Shown here: positions 52,887 through 64,000 of the stretch, piece after piece
Layout: every line of letters begins with the position of its first letter
How positions within the stretch are numbered: position 1 is the stretch's first letter
DNA from: Amphiscolops sp. MND2022
Taxonomy: Eukaryota
DNA length: 64,000 nt
Direction of reading: 5' to 3'
NCBI GenBank assembly: GCA_964187785.1
Contig: OZ076409.1
Coordinates: 67,396,001 to 67,460,000, forward strand
The notes under the pieces: model-generated
Told to the model about the DNA's origin: nothing
What the model saw: only the letters and a program-made list of their open reading frames with translations
Databases searched by the model: none
Made by a program: the position numbers and the translations under genes

Positions 52887-53736
52887 TGCCATAAAAATTG
52901 TACAATCACCTCAAGAGGGCAGAAAAACTAAGGGGAAAACAAGTCGAAAAAACTAATTACTAGTTACAATCATATCACAATCGAATGATTCTAATAGCCA
53001 TAGATTTGAATATTGCGAAAGAATATTTTGTAGCAAATATGATAGCTGACACATCCGAGATTTTTTTGGGAAAAAGCCGATAGTCGCTAAATGTGCCAGC
53101 CTTTTGAGTTGTTGAGTAATTGCTCAGCAAAACAAATATATGTTAAGGGTTTGTAGATTTTTCAGGATTTGTCGAATTTCCGTACTCATGATAGAGACAT
53201 CGTGTTATATGGTAATTGATGTTGTAATGTAAACAGATAACAAGTACTTGAACTAAAAATAGCAGCGGATTAAACCTATTGACAGTTTCAAATAAAATTG
53301 TCAATCATGTCGACCTTTTTCCCCCCTCTGCACTTGGTGGGGATTCAACCAATGAGAGTTCGTTGCTGTCTGGGTCGGTATTCCGTCCGTTGTCTGGTGA
53401 TGTCTTCTACAGTATTGCGTGAGTGGCATATTGTGTACCTGATACTGGATATTTCTGTTTTTTGGCTGATTCATAGGTATTTATCTGCCTTCTCACCCAC
53501 TTCAGTTTCCGTTGTCTCCGCCTGTGTTGAGAGGTTCGATCATTTAACGGTGTTTTATGTAATGATTATGGCCAACTGAGTTCTTCAATCTAATTATCGA
53601 ATTAGTTTTCGTTGTCTTTCTGATCCAAAAGTAGTTGAGCTTGAGTTACCCTCAACAAGTGGTTCGTTTTCTCTCTGTACTTGAACTGAGAACAGAATAA
53701 TTCTACGTCTGATAACCCTCTTGTTTTCTCTCCTCG

Positions 53737-54227
53737 TTTTTTAGTCGGCGCTTTTCTTTAGAAAAGAGTCGACTATAGTCATGGCTTTTCGTCACTGTTT
53801 TTTAAGACCACATGAATTGACCAAATAGTTCTACAAAAGTTCTACAAAATATTATTGCACCAAATTGCACCATTTGGCCTAGCGAACTGAATCAAAAAGG
53901 TTTTTCCTGTTTTCCCGCGTAACATACCATACCGGGCAAGACCAAAGGGTCCCCCTTTCAGTTTTTTTCGGCATTGTGAGACTTTTTCCGGAGAAAATAT
54001 TTTCCCCAAAGGGTCCCCCTTCAATTTTTTGATGTTTTGCGACAAAATGGATGTTGAAAACCCCCAAAGGGTCCTCCCTTTCAGTTTTTTTCGGCATTGC
54101 TAGACTTTTTTTCCAATTTTTTTCTCATAAAAGGGTCACCAACTCACCAATACTTTGACATATTGAAGTCCTTTTGCTATTTTTGAGCCTTAGATATGGC
54201 GCCGACCTGGGCCGGTCCCGGCTTGTT
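53737..54227 (+). mobile_element. HINE-like element, complete copy
   Basis: TTTTTTAGTCGGCGCTTTTC-TTTA-GAAAAGAGTCGACT start; GGCGCCGACCTGG-GCCGG-TC-CCGGC-TTGTT end. Confidence 0.65.
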
Positions 54228-57200
54228 AAAATAGCTATGTGATACCTTGCAACTCTCTAATCTCATCTCTAACATTTTCATATACCAATTTCATCTTAAA
54301 TTTGAATTTCTCCTCGCTATTGGTTCGCATTGGCAACGGCTGGGATGTGGTCTACGTCTGAATCTGTTATATGGTCCATTACTATGGTTAATGGTCCAGT
54401 GCTTTGAGTACACGTGCCCACTGTTGGCCTGATCTTTGTTCAGCGATGTCGATTCTAATCTGTTCCGGATTACCCGGGGCCTCCTTTCCCAATTGCACCT
54501 TTCAGTTTTGGGCGGTGTGTTCCGAGGAACCTCATCCGGTAGCGGGAAAAACATTTATCGTTTAGATAGTATGTAAAAAAGTAGACGTAGCGACATTTTA
54601 TTGTTTCTAACATTTTATCGGAAAGCTTCTTTAATTCTGCAACTTGAAAGCAAGCAAAAAACTTGTTTTGAGATGCAAACCCCGCATTCTTCCTGAAACA
54701 TGACTCGGATAAACTTTACTGATAGAATTCATTCTAGAAAGATACAGATATTCTACATCGGTAAGATTCGAACCTCTGCCTTTTTTCCGACAAGACGTAA
54801 AATCATTCGAACGTAACGCCAATAACCTCAAAACAGCATGTTTTGATAATATCAGAAAACGGTTTCAAGATCTTTGAATCGGTAAACATAGAAAACCTTC
54901 GCTCCACAACAGGGATCCTTCAGGCTGGGAAACATGCTTATCCCTCACCGAAAAACATAGAATACCCCAAGATAGGACTTTCTGATGAATTGAATATTGT
55001 TATCAAAGAACGTCACGTGACGCCAAAAACTTAAATTGCGAATCCTTCGGACTCGAAAAACGCTGTGATTCCCCGTCTTCTGATTACAACCTCAACTACT
55101 AGGTCGAGTTGTCACCTACTGTTTTGAAATCAAATGCCTGAAACCCAAATTTTTTTCTGATCTGATAAAAATGATCGTTTTACTTCACGTTTTGATTGTT
55201 TCAAAGAATTTTTGAATGATAATTGATTTCTTCTGTGAGAATCCACATAGTTCAGCAACGAAGCAGTTCGCTACGTATCATATTTTATTTTGTAATCCAT
55301 AGTTTTTTTTTCAAATGTTGTGGCTGAAATTGTTCAGAGCTGAAATTATACCCCTGTTGCCCTAATAAGTGAGTGAAATAGAAATAAATGCTAAATTTCG
55401 ACATTTTTTCGATCGACTGAAAACTTTCATTCTCTAATGTACGCTATGTTGTTGATAAATAATATCATTTCATATTACTTTGTCTTACTGATCAATGACA
55501 AATTATGGAAATGCATTCCCATTCATACTATCTCTCACATCTTCGAATTTTCAAAACTTCTAATCCTGAAATTTTTGAATACCTTTTTTGTGATGGGATG
55601 AAATTCTGAGTTCTTAGACGATTTATGTCGCCTGGTTCGATCAAAGTTGACGCCGATGCTATTTTAGAAGTTTTTAATTAAATTTACGAAGAAAACTCAG
55701 TTGAATTCCTTCGTCATATGATGACCAAATTTGCACTATTTTGCAAAAGTTGCATTTTTTCAAAGGATTAGCAGAAATCTTTTCTGAAGAATTTTAATTA
55801 AAATCCTTCTCAACAACTCATTAAATATTTTCATTATCATTGACCAAAATTTCATCAAAAATCTTTTCAGCTCATTTGAATATCCGAATGAACTTCTGAA
55901 AGAAAATTCTGGATTATTAATTCAGTTTTTTTTCTTTGGACCGTACCGTGGTAATTAAATATTCCACCGTCCTCTTGACTAAAAACATCAGACCAATGAA
56001 ATTTTCACCAAACCAGCGTTTTTTCATATTGACTTTGCATATGATTTAATCCTAACTTCTTAACATTTTTTCCACGAAAGTGCGACTACTATCTACACCG
56101 AAGCTCAGCTCTTCAGCTTCGCTCAAGCACTATTAAACTCGGTGATTCGCTTTTATAAGCCCGACGGTTTTGCATCACTATCAGCGAGATGTATTCCACT
56201 GCGTGTTCAACATCATCAATGATAATCAATGGGCCTGTCGGCACCTGTGAAATTATATTTCTTCGTGAAAATCACAAAATGCAATGAACGAGTTTCGTTC
56301 TCTTTCATCTTTTTTTTTCAGTTTTTGCATGCTTGCAATTAGATAACGCAGAATTGAGTTTTGGATTATCAGAGATATATGTTAGAAATAGCTTAAAGCT
56401 ATAGGTTCCTGACAGAAACCTCATTATAACGCTTGACGATGCTGTGTATTTTTGTAGACACGTTACAATAAAGCAATAGGAGATAATGTTTTATTTTTTC
56501 TCTACTTATAATATTAATTCGTCCACAGCTGTGCCTAGTCTTTTATAAAATAGGCAAATTTTTATCCTTGAAAAAATATCGAGGTATGATGACTCTTCGC
56601 CCTGAGAATCTTCGAAAAAACTGCCTCACTGAAATCGATCACTTTCAAAAAAATTGATTGGTTCGTTGGAAAAATGAAGTTCAAAGTGTGACTTTTGCCT
56701 GCTTATCGTTGGCTCTTGATGTTGCATAAGGACTGAAATTGTTTTTATTAAATTATTGCATGAGAGATAGTAACTAGAAATAAGGAAAATTCACTTAAAG
56801 TTTGAAATGTTTTTTTTTGCTACATACAAATAACTTGACTCTTGCTGAACACCATAAACTCATTTTTTGGAATGGTTTATGAAGCTTTTGTTCTAAACGT
56901 GTCAAATTTCCTCCAAAGTTGTTATAAAAATTTTGAATTTTGAGTAATACTGACGTTTTTATAGTTTTATACGTTATAAAATAGCTATGCCGTCACCATC
57001 AGAAGGTCAACAATTTTGCGGAACTCGTTAAAATTTTTTCGAATCTCGGCTTTTTTGTGTTTTCTCAGTATCGTTCATCACTCAATGGTTTCATTGAGAA
57101 AACTACATTGTAAATATGAGCTTCAAGAAGTCCAACACGGAACAACATTTGGTCCTAAAGCCGCGAAATATTTGATTTTTGAAGCGCTCAAATTGCATAT

Positions 57201-60200
57201 TACCCAGGCTGAATTTTAGATTTTTTGTTTTTTTTTCTGTTTCAAAAGAGATGCGTTTGTTTTTCGTGGCAATTAAACCTCAATTGGACTCACACCAAGA
57301 ATAGAAAAAGTTGATGATTTGCTTCAAAGCAAATCAAAAAGTGATAAGTCCTGAAATCTCACTAAAATTCTAACAGCAATTTTGATTACTATAAAAAGTT
57401 GAATAAATATATAATTTACCTCTTAGTAGGTGCTTCTGTTTTCAAGTTAGTTAAAGATGAGCTTCGAAACATTAGCAACTAATCATGAGTTCATGCTTTC
57501 GGTTTCCAGAGTAATTACCCTGAGCGATATCAGCTGTATCTCTGTAGAATTTTTAGATACTGTCGTTTTTATAAATTTCACATTTTTTTTGCGCAAGCCC
57601 CATCCGATAGAAATAACTATGATAATTACCGTGTTTTGTTAAGGCCCGTTCGTCCAACCTGGTGATGACTTAGAAGACGATACTTTCAACCTTTCAATTG
57701 TGAATTAGAATTTTCTTTACGTAGGAGATGTAATAGTTCGAATCGGCTAAGACAGAGTTGATCTCTGAGAGCGAATTCTACTAAGTTTCATATTTGAGCC
57801 AAACCATTATAAATGTCACAATGGAAAACCAATCGTCGAAAAATCGGAACCCCCATTAGGATGCAGTCAAATTTTTCAAATAATGTTATTTATAGAAAGC
57901 TTTAATTTAGCACACGTATACCTGAGCTTTTGTGCCTCTTATTTGTAAAATTGGAACCGAGTAGAAACCCCGGGCCCCGGGCTATTAGCACCGGAAGTGC
58001 ACTAGCTCGACCCCCTACGGGCGCGTCGGGGGCCTGGGATAAGTCATGATTTATATAGAACTGATATCCAATAGAAGATTGAGTGATTTGCGTGTTTTTG
58101 CGAACTCTAAGGTACGCATAGGGGGAGCAGGTACCTTGTGTGAACAAACCTCGAACGCTATGTAAATTGTCATCAGTTGATCCAATGATCATAAAACTTG
58201 CCTTTATTACTCACCTACCATCCCTAAGTAAAGCACATGAAAGATACATTAAATGGTCCATTACGCTCGGAGTAATGTTTGTTTAAGTCACGCAAGACTG
58301 TGCACGCGGGCTCGGCGGAAGAGAGGCATTTGACCTTGGCTTGAAATATCTCAAACGAAAAGTAACAACAAGCATAGTCGATTGCTTGCTCAAAATGAGC
58401 TGTAATTGTAATCCATCAGGGTTTTTCGTCTTACGTGAACTATCCCAATGCATATCAGTTCCATTTACGTGATAATTTCAATTAGGCAGAAGATTTTGTG
58501 ATGAACTGACCCGCACTCAGAGTAATGGAAACGTGCCTCGCACTTGTAGAGAATATATAAACCATGCAATTGGAGGTCACTGAGCGATTGTCTCGACATT
58601 AACAATACCTTGGGAGACTTGAACTATCATGAAGTGTGAACTTCGGACAAACTGATGAACTATTAATGGTTGGCGGCGAAGAATGTTTAGTCGAAGTATA
58701 ACTAGATGCGCTCACTGTGCCTCAAGGAGAGGTGACCATGAAAGCGGCCACACGCAAACTGTAAACTTTAGATGACGACGCCAAGTAACATAAGTGTCAA
58801 TCATGATAGAATGTGACGATGTGATAACCAGCAAAACGTGTGATGAACAAATGAGGAGGAATTGGAATATACATAACCGAGGCGGAATTGGAATTGGAAT
58901 TGGAGATAGAGATAGGATCTTTACAAGTCCGGATTTGTATTTTGCGCTTCTACACAACTGGCTGAACCGCGGAGAATTTTTGATTAGCGATAATTGTTAC
59001 AGCACTAGATTTTTTTCTTTTTCAACTTCCGATGTCATTTGAAGAGTGTCAAATAAGTTTAGCTCCTGGAAATATTTTGCATACACGGTAAAAACAGCCG
59101 AATTTACTCATCGGCAATTGTTTTTCTGATAAAATTAGATTCTTGGGAATTTGTCTTTGCGGAATTGTTTGCCCTCAGCAAATAAGTGCATTCAATTTTT
59201 TACTGGTCGGAATGTTGCCGCCATATTTCTTAAGCAACCGAATCAGGACTCATAAGGTTTCCATACCATTTCATTCGCAAAACTCCATATGACCAGCACT
59301 GTTCGATGCCATTCTTTGGCGGCTTTCATGTTTTAGATTCGTTTCCGTCCACTAAATGGAAACAAATTAAGTCACACGATTTTCGTATAGACTCATATGA
59401 TTATCTTGCAATCCATACATTGTTGTTTCGATAATGCAGTCCATACATTGTTGTTTTGATAATGCAGTCGAAAGTTATACCCAATGACAAAAATAATGAT
59501 TACCCCCGGTTTTATTGCACTTTGATTTCAGAACAGAAAAGGAATTCAATCATTCAAGCTTGAACACCTTAGATGCAGACTTTTTATTGGAACATGCGTG
59601 CAATACCGGAATTTTTTCTGAGTTGATCCTTGTCCAAACACTGAAACTCTGTCTCAATCAGATAAACCACGTCAAATGGCTGTTTCTGTTCAATCAATAT
59701 TACTCTGACGAAATTGATGTACCTTTAAAATGAAACCAGCTTTATTGAATCTTATCTTTAAAATTTTTTGTCCCAATATTTGTTTTATTTGTATTAAAAA
59801 GATCACAATATAAAATCATTTAAAACCACATGATTACATGCTTGAAATTGCCTGGAATCGCATCTTCCGTTGGATCCGTGTACTTATCTTGTAAATAACA
59901 GTCACAACAGTGCTGAGAATTTGCAAAAATGCTGATTTTTCCGTCAGCGCTGTATATGAAATTTTGAGTCGACTATCACATTGCTATCCGTCTGTTTTAT
60001 TTCTTAACTACCTGTAGTGACCACAATTGTTCTAACTTGTTCGATATGCGAAACTTGTAATATACAAAGCGAAATGCCCCTAACAATAGCATGATACTTT
60101 AGCTCAATGGTTTTCGAAACTGAAAAAAAATCAAGTGTTTTAAAGTGAAGAATTGTGCCAGCAAAAGTACATTTTGAGGACTTGAAATTTTGAGATCGGC

Positions 60201-61995
60201 CACGAACGTGAGACATTTTCAAATTTTATTTATTATACCACACCCCACATTATTATTTGAGGCGTAACCCTAGTCGACAATGCTGGGACTTTTTACATGC
60301 TGCAGGCCTGCATGCAGGGTAATTTTTTGAAAAACCTAGAAAATTCAGACTGCGCGCAGGGAAAAAACTTTGAAAAATTTCCCTGCATCTTGGAAGATCC
60401 TGTCAGCATGTCACTGCACTTTGAAAAAAAGTCCCTGCAACCTTTGAAGTTTTTGAAAAATCTGCAAGCGGTCTTCAAGGAAGTTCATTAGGCAAAAAGT
60501 CGAGACAATCCGCTGGCTTTCCTCACTTGATGCTACTTTTGTTGCTAGCACTTAAACTAGAGAAACAAAAAGGGCAATGGATAAATGAAGTGAATTAATT
60601 CAGAACCAAAATACTTTTGAAGAAGTGAAACATTAAAACAATCTTTAAATAGATAAAAATTGGGTTTAGAAGCGCCAGTTGATTTAAATCGAAGTTTCTT
60701 GGAGTCGAACTGATATCAGTAACTCACACCATACCAGGGTCTCAGAGACAATGTACCAGTTACGACCAGACATCGCCACCATGCCACAGGGTCCCAGATG
60801 GAAGCTTCTGAAACAAAACCGAATAACTCAATTGCTTAAGCCATGCACAGATATATGCGATGGCCGACCAGTTCGTTTTTATCGTTGTTTTTCTTTTCCA
60901 GATGAAACCTTTTTGAATGTTGATTTTTTGAATTCGAAGCCAAAGATATTTTATTTTTCTCAGGTTATCAAAACATAAGCTGATCATATTTATTTTGTGA
61001 ATTGAACTGAACGTTTGAATAAAATGAAGACAATAATATTACCATCTGTGCTGACTCTGATCAGTTCTTCTCAATTTTGCAAAAAGCAGGCAGATAAAAG
61101 CCAAAAGATAAATGAACATTGAATGAAATCACACCTCATCTAAAGTTCAATCTTATATTGACTTTTGTTTCTTGAATGTATAAAGTTCTTCAATCGTTTG
61201 CTTTTTTTTCAGTCAACTTTCTTGCGTCCGTTCACGATTGATGCGGCTGCCCTTTAGATTATTGAATTTTTTGCGACTTTTTTCCCTGGAAATCAACGGC
61301 TTGGAAAAACAGGAATCAGGCAAAAAGAAAATGATCCGTCATTTTGCCGAAATTCATGAATAGTTTATTTGTTCAGCTTTGTTTTCATCCCCCGAGATTA
61401 GAATAGGCGGGGCTTTTATACCTCTAATCTTCAGCGGGGCGAAAATTTCATTAACTTTTTGATAAGAAAAGCAACTAACTAAAATCTGCCGTAAAATTCG
61501 CCGATACAACTAATAGAATTAGTAGCGCACTTGAAAATAGTGGGCGATACGCTGGCATAGTTTGATGCGCCGGTGTGGCAACGAAGTCTCGATATTTTAA
61601 TGTATTGAACTATCTTTACGTAGACAAAAAGGTAGTTGAAAATTCCAGCACAGCTGAAATGTCTTTGAGCACGTCTATATCCTCGTGTTTTCAGACTTTT
61701 TCCTTTAGACGCGTGTGCTCATCTTTTCAATGGGACTGACAAAAAATCAAATATTTATCGGGGGGTTCCTGCGTATTGCATTTGAACATACACTTGATTG
61801 TATTTCCCAGTATTGATTAAGCAAACAGGTGTTGGTGCAACAGAGTGCATGCACTGTAACTCGAAGTTCACTTTATGACTTACCATTCCAAGTGAATTGT
61901 CGCTTCTCGCAGACCAAGAGTATAAGTACCATCATCTCTATTTTGCATCAAAAGGAGTTAAATAAAATTTCTTAGTCAAGTTTTTCCCTAAAAAA

Positions 61996-62115
61996 GGGAG
62001 CATGGTGTATTGGTTAGAGCATTCGACCTGACCTTTAAAGGGGCGGTATCAGGTTCGAGTCTTTTCAACTCACCATTGTTAGGCCTTAAGCAAGCCCTTC
62101 ATCCCTAGCTTAGTG
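61996..62115 (+). mobile_element. tRNA-derived SINE head with a conserved-core-like segment
   Basis: A box TGGTGTATTGG (62003-62013), B box GGTTCGAGTC (62052-62061), then CCATTGTTAGGCCTTAAGCAAGCCCTTCATCCC, resembling the CCTTGRGCAAG..CTTAACC motif of CORE/V-type SINEs. No cloverleaf acceptor stem. Confidence 0.65.
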
Positions 62116-64000
62116 GCATGGTCATGTCAAAAATGTCGCATTTCGTACAGAAAAGCGAAATACAAAAAGAGCGGCCTTTGTAACCTCGAGCAAGTCACGT
62201 TGAAACCACAGCTTCAAACCGACCATTGCCTTAACACTTGGTTGAAAATATGGTACCGAAAAAATGCGGACTTTGAGAAGCAGAACTGTTTATTCGGAGT
62301 TCTGCAGGATTGGGTACGTGAATTCTCGTTCTTTCGTTCTTTTTTCTTTCAAGTTTTCAAGAGGTGGTGTATGATTTTATACACAGATTCAGTGCAACGT
62401 ATAAAATCCTATAAAAAATTAGAATATTGCTCTGACAAGTTTGGAGAGACCAAAACTCAAGTAATATTTTAAAAAGTTTATTTTTAAAGAAATGTTCAAT
62501 ATTGGAAGTCGGAAACTAAAATTAAGGCAAGCTGTGCATCATATTACGTAGTTGCATTGGGCGAAAAAATTGAAAGGGGACTCATCAAAGTATATCTGGC
62601 GAGTTGGATCAATGGTTTTGATCAACAATTTTCCACCATCAAGTTTTCACAAACTCTGACATCAATAATGACCTTGGTAGATAATTCAATTATTTGCACA
62701 TAAAATCACGATGTTTCATTTTGCTCCAAATTTGAATAACAAAAGGAGTACATTTTTTCCTGTGGGAAATGTAAATGTTGTACAGAAAAATCAATGAAAA
62801 GTCAACAGAACGTCCGTTGCGTGCCTCAAAATCCGTTCAATGCTATTTTTAGAATTATGCAGGTGTCCTCAAATGGTTGTCATGAAATTCTAGCTGAATT
62901 CCAAGGTTATTGGTATAACTCTGTTTTATTTGGGGTATGTATATATATATTACGTGCTCTCGGTATTGTCAACTTCTGCGATCGATGGAAAAAAAGACCA
63001 CCCGTGGCTAATAATGGAATAACAGATCCGTCCCGAGTGATTGATGGGCTGATTTTCGGGTTTCTCACCATGGACATCGAGGGGACCCTTAAAGGCTTCC
63101 AGGGAAAATTAGAAATTCTTCGTATCATTTGAAACCTCATCCAGTCCCTAAGAAGTTCCTGATGACTTTTGTGAAATTGACTTGGTGAAAAAAGTATCCA
63201 GGCTCCGTTAATCTTGCTTTGGATCGATTATACAAACAGCTGCTTCAAGTTCAGAGGCACACTCTGCTGTGTTTATGCAATCCAATTTGCTTCTTTTCAA
63301 ATGAACGAAAACAGAAAAAGGAGGTATACTATACTTTGTGAGATAAAGCAGTGAAGAAGCTCCCTTCCGTCTTTTGCGAACATCCAAAGATTAATTGCAG
63401 TTGGTGAAGAGCATTAAACCAGTAGAACCTGTGTTTTGGTTTTCTGAATAGAAATTCGAGCTCACATTCTGCAGACAAAAATTCTGATGAAGAAGAATTG
63501 GTTCTTTGCTCCAATGAATTGCACTATTTCAATCAGTGCAGCGAGATCCCCTGACCCCTTGAAATTTGCACCGAAAAGATTCCTTTCTTCTTTGAGCACT
63601 TTGTTGGACGTTTTGTGCAGTTTTAGTTTCAATGAATATTGAAATTAATAGATTAATCATGGAAATGCTTGGACACAATTACGTATGGGGTTCTTCAAAA
63701 TTGGACGGCTTAAAGCTCTGTAACCTTGAGCAATGACCATCTAATAAAATTTTTTGACAATCTTCCAAATCTGGACCATTTTCATCCAAAATTTACGCTA
63801 ATCTAACCCAAAATCCATAACCCAATATTCATAACTCAAAATCCTACCTACGAGCGGCTTCACGAAACGCCGTGCCGAAAAGCGTCCTTAATGCTACCCG
63901 GGCCATTAAGGTAACCCTGTTTGAGATACAGACCTTTGAAACAGATGTCATTTAAAAAAACACAAAATTGAATGAATCTTACCGTCTTGAACGAATTTTT

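Noticed and set aside
53280..55100. Slightly GC-richer - strand stretches flanking a HINE copy, suggestive of a decayed retroelement tail
   Set aside because: All frames are broken and no diagnostic motif is recognisable; not supportable without a search.
58640..58700. CTGATGA as a hammerhead ribozyme core (also at about 48338 and 50276)
   Set aside because: No correctly placed GAAA with stems II/III and a cleavage triplet could be built.
59411..59469. 28-bp tandem doublet; similar small doublets at 45813-45848, 46991-47043 and 34276-34317
   Set aside because: Ordinary slippage duplications with no further structure.
61996..62075. Possible tRNA gene
   Set aside because: A and B boxes are present but there is no acceptor-stem pairing or proper anticodon arm; it continues into a SINE-like core.
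63685..63920. TAACCC-like repeats suggesting interstitial telomere sequence or a MITE
   Set aside because: Only a few degenerate units, and the putative inverted termini are too weak to call.
1..64000. Most 60-150 aa ORFs in the supplied track (for example 51955-52347, 52482-52931, 46517-46870, 28137-28502)
   Set aside because: They lie inside non-coding repeats or antisense to retroelement ORFs, are K/F-rich from homopolymer runs, and have no splice or motif support.

Overview
AT-rich, repeat-dense eukaryotic (invertebrate-animal-like) genomic DNA. There is no prokaryotic gene organisation and no CRISPR array. The only confidently recognisable host gene is a + strand synaptotagmin-like (Slp/SYTL4/5-type Rab effector) gene, seen as two in-phase exons (11198-11416 zinc finger; 14978-15165 SGEWFY motif). 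A candidate internal first exon at 42257-42646 is preceded by two CRE sites. The rest is mostly mobile DNA: a complete but decayed BEL/Pao LTR retrotransposon (3909-10112, - strand, TTTTT TSD), a near full-length decayed CR1/L2-group LINE (about 34.3-38.4 kb), a fossil Tc1/mariner (DD37E-like) transposase with an inverted middle segment (47.1-48.1 kb), at least 8 copies of a Helentron-type non-autonomous (HINE/DINE-1-like) family with co-varying terminal hairpins, Mutator/Foldback-like elements with 9-bp TSDs and a shared GC-rich core, TA-flanked MITEs, an LTR remnant and a tRNA-derived SINE. Between 17.9 and 34.5 kb there are three tandem duplications (3 x about 822 bp, and two unrelated doublets that both have a period of about 2.68 kb). 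All calls were made by eye from the sequence and the ORF track; no database searches were run.
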